Assembly: GCF_000181795.1 (NCBI RefSeq)
Contig: NW_003526943.1
Location: 7,399,566 to 7,463,565 of the forward strand
Direction: 5' to 3'
DNA: 64,000 nt
Source: Trichinella spiralis
Lineage: Eukaryota
Shown here: positions 1 to 13,244 of the stretch, piece by piece
Layout of the letters: each line of letters begins with the position of its first letter
How positions within the stretch are numbered: position 1 is the stretch's first letter
The notes under the pieces: generated by a model
The model's input: only the letters and a program-made list of their open reading frames with translations
Database searches by the model: none
What the model was told of the DNA's origin: nothing
Position numbers and translations under genes: made by a program

Positions 1-182
1 TTTTCATCGTCTCCGCGTGTGCCTGCAAACGTCAAAACGTAAAAAATAGCAAATAAACAACACACTCGATGCGAATGGGAAAATATTAAAGAAAAAACAC
101 TATGAAACAACACCAAAAGTCTGTCGGTAATAAAATTGCCCGTCATGCTTCTTTATTCATCCCATCATCACCTGACGCTTAC

Positions 183-245
183 CTTCAAAGAGGAAAAACC
201 GAAAGTGTTGGCGCTGTAATTGGTGCCAGTGCTGTTGCGCTTCAT
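183..245 (-). CDS. Possible first coding exon of a gene continuing off the left edge (MKRNSTGTNYSANTFGFSSLK)
   Basis: ATG at 245 gives 21 open codons ending at a strong donor (AAG|GTAAGC). No recognisable homology, so it could be a UTR exon. Confidence 0.25.
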
Positions 246-1640
246 CTTTTACTATTCTGCTTCATCTGCAATCTGCAATAAATAAATGAATAAATAAATA
301 AATAAATCTGTATATGCTGGGTTTATGGGTTTGCATGGACAACTGAACAGAAAGTGAAAAGCCAGTTCGATGCTTTTCGATTCGATTAGGTGAAGAGTCT
401 CTGAGGAGAATGGCGTGTGCAATAGGAAATCAACGACAAGTCGAAAAATTAAACCTCGTCTCGCCTCGAAATGTGGCGTTAATTTGACTGACGCCTGCTA
501 CAAAACGCTGACGCTTCGGAAAAATAAATCGCATCAGCGTCCAGTGGACGACATTCGGTCGCCTCAAACGACGACGAATAATAGAAAGCGAAAATTAAAA
601 ATAAAAAAAAATTTCACCATTAACAATCAGCTAATCAAAAAAAATGAGAAGAAGCTTTTCAACGGAAACAAAGCCGCCAGCCAACAAATGCAACTTCAAA
701 ATTGTTCGACAACAAAAACAACAGTAGATGTTTTTTCCTCTTATTATGGTTAATGAACTTCGAAATTAAAAAAAATTTATGATTAAAAAAATATATCACA
801 TCAAAATGAGAAGATTCAGATTGAATGTTGCAAAGAAAAAAAAAGCATATTGCCAACACAATGGAATGAAATTAAAAAAAGAATAAAGAAACGAATCACG
901 CACACGCACGTGATCACGTTCAACGCTTTCGGCGGAGCAGAAGCGAGAAATTAGCGGCAAAGGAGCCGCCGTGCAGTTGTTATGAATCAATTTGAGAGCA
1001 TTTAGTGAAACACGGTCGCCAAATGCCAAAAATCGATCCGGCCCGGACAACGCACAGGTGCGACAAACAGGAAATTAATAATGACGAACTTTGTACTGTA
1101 CATTTATCTGATTATCAAGATCAAAAATAAATGCGCTTAATAAAAAATTCCACGTTGATTTTAATAATTTTTCCCAAATTGATAAGTTTTGTTAAAAATT
1201 TGCATTTTAAAATTAAGCAAAATTAATTTACTTTCTTTTTTTGAAATACACATCATATATGTACAAAAAACTTTCAATATGGATAAATGTAGAAATTCAT
1301 ACTCAGAATGTTTAACAAATTATTTATCATCAAGTAAAGTGTGTTTTCACATTAATGATTGTTTGTTGTGATTTCCAAATTTTATTCAAAATATTATATT
1401 TATCATTTACCAGACAATGGATGTACAACGATCATGTGTTTTGAAAAGTGTAAAAAAGCAAAATAAATTCAAAAAATATTTTAAAATTTATTAATGAATA
1501 ACAAATGATCTTCAAAATTATCGAAAGAAAAAATACCATACAAAAAGTAAATAAGATGCATAATGTATTTTTACTTTTATTTTCATCCATGTAATAAAAA
1601 CTGCCATTTAAAAAAAACATTAAAAAACAAATAACCTATA

Positions 1641-2297
1641 TCAGCTGCAACAAAATTTTTGATTGCAATTTTCCCGGTTTCTCGCAATTTCAATGGCCAA
1701 AAACTGAATTTTCGGAACTAAAAATAACAATAAATTAATAAATACAAAAAAAATTGTAAAATCTAATTTTACCCAGGAAGGTGTTGGCTGAGTCATAAAC
1801 ACCATCACTGTCAGATCGCAATAACGTACCAAAATTGTAATCGGAAACTTTATCTTTAAAATGTTCTGCAAAATTTCTCCATTTCTACAAAACAGATGAA
1901 CTGAACAAAATGTTATTTACAAAAATTATGTACTTCTTTCATTTCTTCAGTTTTTAAATCAAACTCGTCTACAACATCCACTTTTAGGTCGGGAAATTGC
2001 TCACGAAATGTATTATAAATTTCATCATCACAACGAGAAAGGCGTAAATATTTTGGATTGCATGATGATAAAATCTGTAAATTTCAATATTATCAATTGT
2101 AAATGTAAATCAATTTTGAAGTGAACAACTTACATCCATATGCAGTTGGCAATTGTCATATGTTGTCATTGCCCATGCATTTTCAATCGACATCTAAATT
2201 ACACATTGTTATAAAATAACACTCTCATTGAATACCTTACATCATTTCCAAATGCTTCAGAAAGTTTTTCAATTTCGTTGGACAGCTCTTCAACCAT
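1641..2297 (-). CDS. PBDC1: Polysaccharide biosynthesis domain-containing protein 1 (PBDC1/CXorf26 family), about 5 exons
   Basis: Spliced translation MVEELSNEIEKLSEAFGND|MSIENAWAMTT..|ILSSCNPKYLRLSRCDDEIYNTFREQFPDLKVDVVDEFDLKTEEMKE|KWRNFAEHFKDKVSDYNFGTLLR..|VPKIQFLAIEIARNRENCNQKFCCS*. It carries the family hallmarks KWR..F, DyNfGTLLR and IQFxAIEIARNRE. Introns are canonical GT-AG. Confidence 0.92.
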
Positions 2298-3074
2298 TTC
2301 ATGTAAAACAATCTATCACAACAACAACAGCAACAACGTGAAGGTGTTTTTCAAATTTTGAATAATTTCTAAATAACAATTTCACAGTTTATAACGCTTC
2401 ATATCTGTTAATAATAAAATTTTCAATTCACTTCCTAATTACCGTTAGAATACATTTACAGAATGTAATGATTTGCAAGTTTTCAATGAAATACATTTTG
2501 TTTGTAAAGGTAATACAAATTTTCACAGTAATTATACAAAAAAACATTGATTGTTTTTAAATTGTTATTTTATCATATTATATTTCTAATTCATCATAAT
2601 ATGTAATGGAAGTTTTTTCACTCATTTGAGATAGTCTAACGCTGATTGTCAAGTTTCTTTACATTTCATGTTGCTTTACATACTTTTTTTATAATTATAC
2701 TGTAAGTCAAGTTTTGCAAATTTGTCAAGAAGGATTTATTATTATTTTTTAATTTTACAAACATGTACAAGGTCTAAATTTTTCGATATTATACGAGAAA
2801 AATAATATATACGATTAGTTTTAATGAAGAAATATAACGTATCCAGTGTTGCTTCAGTGCATAAGAAAGTTTCAATTAAGTTTCACTGAAATTGTTTGTC
2901 AGCTCTGATATTTATTATATTTTTTTTCAATTTGTAAACAAGTTGATAAATTGTTGTAAAATGAATTTTACAAATAAAACTTGAAAGTTACAATTGAATT
3001 AGGCATGTGAAATTTTTTTTCGTGTTTATTGTTATTGTTGTAGTATTTTTTTAAAGTAAATTGTAAATCGAATT

Positions 3075-6000
3075 ATGGGAAAAAGTGGAATTGAAAGACG
3101 CAAATCTGTCAATGAATTAGTTTGTAAAGTGGTATCAATGTACGACAAGATTTTCAAGGTATTGGTGTTTGAAGAATGTAATATTTTAACTTTCACCGAT
3201 GGATTTTCTAGTCAGAAGTGGATGATAGCAATGATGAATTTTGGGAAGAATTATTTCTGCTTTGGGCGAACAAGTCTCAACTTTGTTTAATTATTGATCA
3301 AATCTCGATAGATCAGATGCAACAGATAAAAGTATAATTTTGATTGAATTCATGAAGCCTGTTTCCAATTGAAGTATATCAATTTTAGCAGATTGTTAAC
3401 CGCTTTGTAAGTAAATGCATCACAACAATTACTCATCAAGAAGGAATTCGCGTCTACAATGCGGTACAAGTAAGATCTTCTTTTTGTATGACATTTTTCT
3501 TTAAACTTATTTTTTCTATTGTAACAATTAATATGAATTTTGTTTTGTTTTTTGTTTGATTTGCAATGATGTTAAATTTGTTAATTTTGAGTACAGAATT
3601 AAACGTTTAGATTTGGGCAGAAATTTCAATTGGTATTTTAAATAATGTTTGATCCAAGCAATACTGTTACCTCTTCAGTAAAATATATACTGATAGGAAA
3701 ATCGATACCTTCTTTTAGACATTGGGCTTTTTGATACATGCAGTTGCAAAGAAGAAAGAAGTTTTGCATTGCTCTTTTAACTTGACAGATATATTGTTTG
3801 GTAGTGATGCCGGTAAAACTTATATGCAGGTAATTTTGTTCAATTATTCATACAAAAAATGATTTAAAAATTTAATAAATTTATTTTTATAGATGCTTAT
3901 TGCACGACTGTGTTCATTTTTAACCGGCAACTATTCCCCTGTTTTAAAAACATGCACTTTGGAATTTTTTCTCACAATGGCTACGGTAAGTTGGGTGAAT
4001 GTTGGATTTTGTTTGTAAAAAGATTATCATTTTCAGGTGACAGAAAATATCAATGAAAACCCACTTATGGAATATTTCATGAATAACTGTATTTTTGAAG
4101 CTTTAACTTTTGTAAGTTTATTTGTGATGTTTATCAAACGGTATATTTGAATGATTGGTAAAATTTTGTCGAGTTTATTGAATCTTCCGTTGCGATGATA
4201 TTCAGATACTGGAAAAGTGCGTAGATGGAAATATTCATGGCCGTGCCGCAGTTGTGCTGTTAGCACTACTTATCAACTATCAGAAATCAGTGGTAATTTT
4301 TATTTGTCAGTTGAAATTAATTATTTTAATAATATTGCTGTTTCAAAAACGTTGTTGAAAGGAATGACTGATGTTTTAGAGAGAAAATCCATACATGGTT
4401 AAATTATCAATTTTGGATAATGATTTGGCATTGAATGTAATTCATATTAAACTAATAATTGTAATTTTAAAAATTTATTTATGATGTAGGGATACAGCTT
4501 TGTGCTGTCGCGTGAACTGCTTCGTTTAAATCGGTATTTCGAGAATGCATTGCCAAATTCCACTCCTTCGTTGTGGACATTCTTTGGAAGCGTGTTTTCT
4601 AGCGATGTGGTACAACTGCCATCTATTCAGTTATGAATTATCAATTTTTCAGTACAATAATATTAATTTTGATTTATTTGTTTTTTTTTTCAATTATAGA
4701 ATAGATCATTCAGTTTTGTTAGCCCTTTACGAAGCAGTGCATTTGAATCGAAACTTTATCACTGCATTGACTACGGTAATAATAAAAGTTTGCCATGCAA
4801 GTCACAAAAAATTTAAATTCCAATTTTTTAACAAATAGGTTCCTGCTCAATGTGAAGAGGTAAAAGTGCATTCAACTGATGTAGCTTTTTCACTTGACGA
4901 TAAGGCAATGGAATGCAACTCTAATTTATTCGCAACATTTTTATCTTACTGTTCATGTGTTATTTCTACTTTAAAAGGTATTAAAACGATATATTTAAAC
5001 GCTCTGCTCGTAATTGATGTTTTTACCTCTTTTCAGAAGAAAAGCACAGAAATGCAGCTCGTCTGTGTTTCATAATACTTACTTGTATCACTGAAGTGAA
5101 AAAATTTAATTTTATATACATATACATATAATTTGTTTATTTACTTTATGGCATTTTTCTTTAAGGATCAATATGCTAATATGTTGATGCAGGATTTGAG
5201 TTTATCTTTTAAAGTGCCATTGTTTTCAAGGGTAATATAGTATTTTTAAAAAATTTTCTCTTATTATCACTTTTAAGCCGATGCTTCATCGTAAAGCGGA
5301 ATGGAAGAACCACATGCAAGCGAAACCACTTGCTTGTAGTGTTTTGAGTCTGTGCGTAGAATTTATTGTCAGTCATTTGATGAAAGCTTTTCCATTTGAT
5401 CTTTATTCGTAAGTGACGGTTTACTAATTCATAGAAAATGGAATTTCTTACTGTTATTATTATTATTACACAGGCAAGTGTTGGGTATAATTCATCGGAT
5501 ATTATGCTTCAACAAGCGATGCAAAATTCGACTAGAATTTCAGTGGTCGACTTTATGGAATGGTTGATAAAATTTATGCATATTTTAGATTTTTTTAAAG
5601 CACTTGTTTTGTTTCAGTTTTATTTACACTGTTACGCTATGTAGTGAACAACAGTCGAATGTTGATAGCTGAGGGAGATGTTTTTGAATTATGCAGTCAA
5701 GTCTGTTTTGTTTTTTTTTTTTGAAAATTTAATATTCCTATGATGATGATTGTGAGCAGGTGTTGGTGATATTGAATGTATTTATTACGTTTGGCGATAC
5801 TTTCCTACCGCAAACCGAAATCTATGACGAACTGTATTATGAATTGTTGCGCAACAATTCCACGTTGCAAGCGATGTGCATTTTGCGTGAGCTGAAAGAT
5901 GAATTAATTTTTAGCTGATCAAATCTTAAGCTTTTTCACTGATTGATTGTTTATAGCGCAAGAATATGCAGAAAAAGATAGCCCCTACAATGAATCTGCT

Positions 6001-6441
6001 AAAAAGTTGCTGAATGGTTGTGTCAATGTTAAGTATGCTATGCGTTTATTATCTGAGAGTTTGCGTTATTATATTTTCTTTTTGCTTAGAGCCATTTTGA
6101 GCCATTTCTTACCGAAATTGGATGCAGCCGGATGTAACGTTTTGTCAAAGGAACAAATTTTGGCTATTGTACGTCAAAGCTATGTCACATTGTCGTTAAA
6201 ACTTCAAGAAAATTTGGACAATTTTTCCAGGTATCAAGAAAAGTCTGCAGAGGTGGAATTTTTTACAAACGTTGTATGTATATTGCGTTTATTGTATATT
6301 TGTTTGTTTATTTTTATTCGTTTATGTATTTCTATTCAAATATTTCAGGTGAGAAGCGTTGTAATAGAAACTTCGGAATCGTTGAATTCTTCGACTTTGG
6401 AACAAGCTATTGTGATCAAAGAGTTGCAAACAATCCGATGA
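3075..6441 (+). CDS. ARMH3: Armadillo-like helical domain-containing protein 3 (ARMH3/C10orf76/UPF0668), multi-exon
   Basis: Exons encode KVVSMYDKIF, FWEELFLL, VTENINENPLMEYFMNNCIFEAL, NPYMVKLSILD, LLALYEAVHLNRNFITAL, FITFGDTFLP..YDELYYELLR and VRQSYVTLSLKLQENLDNFSRYQE, which are hallmark segments of C10orf76/ARMH3. Stop TGA at 6439-6441. Confidence 0.92.
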
Positions 6442-6762
6442 TTTTAATACTTATGAATTACTTCCAGGTTGTTGTTATTGTAATTTGTTGCATTATATTT
6501 AAAAATACACATCAGTAAATTTACGATTGGAAATGTAAAGAACAATATTTTATTTATATATATTATTAGCACATTCATTATAGTTACATCAAATTGTCCA
6601 TTTTCGATTGTACATTGATTTATTATGATGTTGAGAAAGAGGTTTTTGAAGGGTTTTGTAAAATTCTATTTGATTCATTGTTGTTTTGTTGTTTATGTTA
6701 TGCTCTAAAGTTGTGTTGAATTTCAGATATTATTACGCTGTTTTAGATTAGTACGTTTACAG

Positions 6763-6770
6763 TGACGTGA
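6763..6770 (+). promoter_or_regulatory. TGACGTGA CRE/UPRE-like bZIP motif upstream of the TMED gene
   Basis: Exact TGACGTGA about 370 bp upstream of the ATG, with a second TGACGT at 6839-6844, in a locally CpG-richer patch. A short motif like this can occur by chance. Confidence 0.25.
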
Positions 6771-7137
6771 GTTACATTGGTTTTGACGGTTATCCATAAA
6801 CACGCAAAATATAAACAATTGAATCAAGTACTGAAGCGTGACGTTTCAATTTGTGTATAAATGTTGATAATTTATGCACAGTTAATAGTAAATTCTCAAA
6901 GAACTTTATCTACTTTATTCATATTAAAAAATTTACTTCTATTGAAATATTTTATTTGACCAAAATGCAAGGTATTTTATTGATAGTGTATTTTAAAAAA
7001 TAAAATTATATTTTAATCTCTTCAGAAAGTTTGCAAATTTTTGTAGGAGTTAATTAATACCTGCCTATCTTAATTTGTAGCAAATGTACAGTATCTTTTA
7101 ATGCAACGTTTACATTTCATGTACTTTTAAATTTATC

Positions 7138-8380
7138 ATGTGGTATATACGTTATATTGCGTATTTCATTTTAATTAATGAATCTGTTGCCATATATTTT
7201 TTAATTGGTGAAACGGAACGTAAATGCTTCGTTGAAGAAATTCCTGATCAGACTATGGTTATTGGTATAAGCAATCTTCTCTTTGTATAGTTTTTTACTT
7301 TTTTTAAAAGTAAACTTATATTTAGGTAATTATAAAGTTTCGGTCTTTGATCCACAGGCAAAATCCTATTACATGCATCCAAATATAGGAATGCATGTGG
7401 AGGTGTCTGATCCTTCGGGTCACATAGTTCTGTCAAAATTGTATTCAACTGAAGGCAAATTTACGTTCACTAGTAGTACGCCAGGAGAGCATGTTATTTG
7501 CTTGTTTTCAAATTCCACCAGATGGACTTCTGGTATGACACTGGTAAGATTATTGATATTACTAATTTATAGATATTAAAATTTTCTCTGATTTTAGCGC
7601 GTTGATTTTAACATTCAAGTAGGTGATCATGCTCAGAATTATGTGGAAATTGCGACAAAAGAGCGCCTTAACGATCTACAGATTCGAATAAGACAACTAC
7701 TTGATCAGGTTGAACAAATGTCCAAAGAACAAAGTTATCAAAGGGTAACTATTTTGCATGCAATTTTAATAATTTGTTGCTATTAATTGCTCCAATTACG
7801 CAAATTCATTTGCATTTGTAAGAGCAGAAAGAATGATCTGCTCGTCTATTTAATATTTCTACAATTTTACTTTCATATTAGTGTTTATTACATTGTTATT
7901 ATTCATATTAGATTATTAGTGAGTTATCAAATTTTTTTATTTTTTGTTTGTATATTTATTAATATTAATGTAATATTAGTGCGATGCTCGTTGTTATGCA
8001 CTTTGACCAGAAAATTTGGAATTTGTACCTTTAATTAGAAAATGAATTCGAGTTTGAATAAAAATGAATGAATATTTTCTGTTTAATAAATAATGTTGGT
8101 AAATTGTTATGTAGTTAATGTAAACTGCAGTAAATAATGTTAAAACTGCAATTTTCTGAACTTTAATGAATGAATAAATGAATGAACTAATTAATTAACT
8201 GGCATTTTAAAGTTTGGTTTTATCTTTTAGTATCGAGAAGAAATATTTCGACAGTTGAGTGAGTCGACGAATCAACGTGTTCTGTGGTGGGCAATTCTTC
8301 AAACGATTATTCTTCTTCTTACTGGTTTTTGGCAAATGAGGCATTTGAAACGTTTTTTCGAAGCAAAAAAACTGGTGTGA
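7138..8380 (+). CDS. TMED9: p24/emp24/gp25L family GOLD-domain cargo receptor (TMED4/TMED9, alpha subfamily), 4 exons
   Basis: Signal peptide [18 protein letters not shown], then [49 protein letters not shown], coiled coil [38 protein letters not shown], and C-terminal FFEAKKLV* (dilysine retrieval motif typical of p24 alpha). Confidence 0.93.
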
Positions 8381-9104
8381 AGCTGAACTTAGTGAAAATG
8401 CATTTTGAATGTAATATGCCAGTCATCTTCTTGTTGAACTAGAAAATTTGTTTTTTTCTTGGTTTATTCTGACTGCAAAACAGCTGTTGTATTTGCGATT
8501 GTCATGATATTGCGTCAAAAGTATCAATTCTGAATGTAAATTTTGGTTGTTATATCATGATATATTATAATGTATTATTAAAAATTGCAAATTCTGTAGC
8601 AACGATAAACGTTACAAAATTAATTTTGTTTGTAAATTTATATTAATCATGATTAATCTATATTGATCAATTTATGTCAAATTAAATTATTACTTAAAAA
8701 ATTTTTAGTTACATGAAAATGCATGCTATATAAATGTTTGAAACAAAGAAAAGCATATTTGTTAAAATTTACCCTAACAATTTATCAAAGAATTAAGTCT
8801 GTGAAAAGTATGTTTATGACATTTTCAGCTCCTTAGCAAATAGCTGTTGTTTATGGGCAATGTACAATGTTCATAAATAATGCTATAATATTAAGCTGTT
8901 TTCACGAAATATTTATTTATTTGCGTAATTATTAATATTTATTATATACATAAAATTGAATTTCACTTTCATCGGTTCCTTGTTTTCAAATATGCATTAT
9001 TTAACGCGGAATATAAAATAACACACATACACACATATATGTAAGTATGCTTGAACCACTTGATAAATTTTCAAAGTATCATGCTAGGTTAGATTTAATT
9101 ATTA

Positions 9105-10533
9105 TTAAAGATATATTTCTTTAATATCTTCCTTAATTTTAGGAAACAGATTGGATCGCCACAACAACTCTAACATAAATTGAGAGCATTGCATTTTGGA
9201 TGCCTTCTTTGATTTTCCCAAAGTTTCGGTCATCACAACGAAATTTTCGTATTCCAATGTACAACGCGTGAGGAACACTTTGCTGTTTCCCTCTTGTTCC
9301 TGTTAAAATAACAAAAAAGAAGTCAAATTCAAATATAATTTCAGTAAAGAAATTTGGAATTTGAAAAACTGAGTTTAACCTACCATGTACGTGACTTTGA
9401 AACCATACTTGGACGCTAATGTTTGTAAAACGTCTCTTGCTGGCTGTGTTTGCAAATTGCAGATCATCTCAGGGCCAGAAAACTCCATCTCTGGAATTGC
9501 TGATCTATCTGTTGAAGACTGTTTTTTGAAAATACAGTACCAGCGGATAGAAGGCAACCACGCTTCAGTTTCACCGAGAGCCTGCTTACATAGCATTTTT
9601 ATGGCTGTATTCTCATTACGTTTTCGTATCATTCGTTTGTAATCACAACCAATGCTCAGCTTCACGCTGCATACATTATTTTCATCTTTTGTTGTATTTA
9701 AAATAAATGGTATGCAGTTTTTTTTGCAAAGATATTCCAAAAATTCTTTGTTATCATTAAACGCTAAAACAGCACATTTTAATGTAAAGTAATGTGTACA
9801 TTTAGAAATGTTTACAACTTATACGCACTTATCGTTTTCAATTCTTTTAAAGAAGCAGAAGCTCTTTTAGAGGCAACTGTTTGGGGTGGTTTGCATAATT
9901 TGCAATACTTCAAAAGTACCGCTGCAGTTTGCTTCCTGGCTTCAGCTAGTGTGTTGTCAGTGCCCCAAAAATATCCTTCATTTTTTAAACCTATAACAAT
10001 TTTGTAATTTGTTGTTTCTGACGTTTCAGCCTTCATAATCATGTCAATCCAACACTAAAGAGGGGTAAGGTGAGGAAGAATTACTGAAATGAATTATTTA
10101 AGAAAGAAACAACTTCAAGCAAAAGTACTTCATAATCTTTTACTCCGGCTAGTAAGCTTTCTAAAGCTTTTTCTGTGCTTAGTTCTTCATTCACAAGAAA
10201 ACATTCGATCATTTCCGGTAAAATTTCCTCATAGTAGAATTTTCTTCCGCTTACGGTACTCTGTTCTAGATAAACTGAGCTGCTTTCTTTATCTTCATTT
10301 AGCCATCGAATATAACCACAGTTCAAACGTTCCACAACTTTATAAATAAATAACGGACTATATTTCTTTTGTAAAATATATTTCTTTTAATTTGTTAAAA
10401 TTTTGCTTACCATGATAAACTTCTTTTAAATTTTCAAATTCATGGACTGAAAACAATCATGTCAGTTCAACACTTAGGCAATAAAAAAATTAAAATTACC
10501 TCCTATGTCACTGATGCTACTCTGTGTATTCAT
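9105..10533 (-). CDS. Divergent protein with two to three double-stranded-RNA-binding-like domains (RDE-4/R2D2/Loqs-like architecture)
   Basis: Spliced frame MNTQSSISDIG|VHEFENLKEVYH|VVERLNCG.. with repeated dsRBD-like units: GTDNTLAEARKQTAAVLLKY, KEFLEYLCKKN..RNENTAIKMLCKQAL, and PARDVLQTLASKYGFKVTY|..FLTRCTL..GKSKKASKMQCSQFMLELL. The last has the classic G-x-SKK-x-A/S-K helix-2 motif. The start codon is inferred from splice-phase continuity. Confidence 0.6.
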
Positions 10534-12846
10534 AAAAAAGCCAACCTAAAGTAAAACAGAGAAGCCTTTTATAAAAATCATTAACATCACTGTATTATAA
10601 AGCAGAATCTTCATTTTGAATAAAATACTTTACCTAATATCTCAACCAGTCAAATTCAATAATAAAATATGGTATTACTGATACTATATATTGTCAATTC
10701 TGTAAAACGAGTAAAATATTTTGAAAAAATACATACAAAAAACTGAATTTATCAGTTCTAACTCTTCCGAATTACTGAATTTCATTCATAAATAAATCAC
10801 TCATCACATGCATATACCTTAAAATATAATAATATTAAAATAATTTAATAATTAAAATATATTATAAATTTTCACATAGAAAACATTGAAAATGAAAGTA
10901 AACTAGAGTAACAGAGTTGTATAGAGCGCTAGAAGTAACTAAAACTAATTATTTACCCAAACAAGTGCTCGAACTTTAAATTTCAGCTAGTGCCACGCCA
11001 CTATACCGCAATAAATGCGCCTAAGTGATATGACAGAATTACAGTAGTTTTTTAAGCTAGTCATGTTTGAATTTGGCGTACACTGCTTAACATATATATG
11101 CGTCTAAGTTATGTTCCCAATGTTGTAAAAAGACTAAAATTCAAATATATCCATAAAAATTATAATACAACGTTTGGCATTTTTATAAGCATTAAAAATA
11201 ATCATAACATATCATTAAAAATCATAAAAAAATAATTAACAATAAATTGGTTTTTATTTCATTATCATCTGAAGAAAAAATGTTAAATTAAGAGCCCATC
11301 TTTTTTGATTACCAATTTTTAAAAACTTCACCTTATTTTTAAAAATGTCTTTTCGATCTTATTGTAATTTTTTAAAGCTAAATTCACAAATGATGAAGTC
11401 AGCTTTATTTATTAAAACACAATTCTATAGAAATACTTATTATTTTAGTTTTTATGTGAATTGTCTTAAGAAGTTTTCAAATCAACAGTGCTATCTACTC
11501 AACAATTCGTGCATGAAATTTCAAAAATCAGTAATTGATGCAAGTATCACTGAATTAATAATCATAATTTAAACTTATTTTACTCACGTAAAAAAGGTAA
11601 AGCAAATAATTTAGTTTACTTCATCATTTTTCAATGCATTTATTGCTTTAAACATTAAGACATACTTCTGACATGCGTTTATATTAGATCTGTTTACCAA
11701 TAATTTGAATGTTTGCATAGGAAAACCTTAACTTTGAAATAAATTCTGAGAAAAAAGCAAAATAAAATTTAATTAAATTATTGAGGTACTATAAACTGTT
11801 TTCTTATGTTTTAATCACTAAATTCGTTAAATCTGAATTCAGACAGTACTGTAATAAAAATTCAAATTGAAAATGATCACTTTACACGACTAAAATTAAA
11901 AATTCTAGAGTAGTATTTCAGCATTTATTTGATCAAGTTTTTAACTAATCCATATTTATTAGCTGAATTTTCCTTTAACAGTTAATTGGAAGGAAAGAAA
12001 TTCTCATAATAAGTATTTAATCAAATTTTATTGATTTTTTAAAATCTACTTACTACTTGTGAATTTTTGCTTATGTGAGTCATCCCTCGTAGTTTCAGCT
12101 TCAGATTTTAATGATGAATTTTAATCAGCATTTCCAAAAACATGACAACAATTAGTTAAAATAAATAATTTAGAAGAGGATATTTTTGAAAAAATATTTT
12201 GAACTGTAATGCGGCTGACAATATCATTTTCTTTGATTCTGCCTACTGCAAGTCAGTTCTGCTCTCTCATTCTTGTCAGAGATCAGTGTTTTGTCCTGTC
12301 CATGGGACAGCTTTCACGCACGCAGTTCTTCTAAACAGCAGTACACATACAAACACAAAACAAGCACTAATTTTACTATGTAAATTTAGATAAGCCATAT
12401 TTTCACAGTTAAACTTATAACGCTAAAATCATGCTGGTTTTACGCAGTTGTGGCGTTCTGACTGTAAAGATGATCAGCCAAAACATTCTTTTGTTTACGC
12501 AATCATCTGGTTTGTAATAAGCTATTTTATTTAAATCGGCCATTTCTGCGTACTGTAAAAGCATATCAAGCAACAATGCAAAATGCCATTCGATGAGCTC
12601 ATGATGAGCATAGCAAAAATTCATAAATTATAAAATTCACCAATATAACTAATTATTAATCTATAAATTACTGAGAGCAGAAGAACGAAATAGGAAAATT
12701 AAAAACTGAGGACTATTAATTAGACATCGTTTGAACACAAGCTGACCAATCAAGTAATGCAATATCAGTGGAAATCATGTGAAATACTCAGTAAGCCGTC
12801 AAGATCTAATTTTTTAAAACTTTTCAGCTAACTGTTTATAAATAAC

Positions 12847-13232
12847 TGCAACAAACTGCTCCTTCGAGCAGGCTCATTTGCGTCCTCCATCGTTTAATTG
12901 GCGCGTACGTCGCTATTTGGCGACGGGCCGGTATTGACCGGCAGGTTTCCCTTTCTTTCTGCTTCGCGCTTTCCTGATGACATTGTAACAATCAGACAAC
13001 AAGCAGTAAGTATACTTCTTTTATTGGCAACCAAAAGCAAGGACCGACGACTAGGTATTACCGCAAGCCTCTCTGATAGCACACTAGCAACTGCCACACA
13101 CACACACATACCTCTGTTCTACCGTACTCCGCCTCCGATATTTAAGTCCAATTCTTCTTACGGTAGCTTTACCTTTCTTCCGCTTCGTTTTCTGGAAAAA
13201 TAGAGTTGTTAGCTCGGTCCGCGTGTGCTACA
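12847..13232 (-). repeat. 3' LTR of the Gypsy element
   Basis: Direct repeat of 17360-17739. On the minus strand it is preceded by a polypurine tract GAGGGGGAAAGTAA (13233-13246). Confidence 0.95.
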
Positions 13233-13244
13233 TTACTTTCCCCC

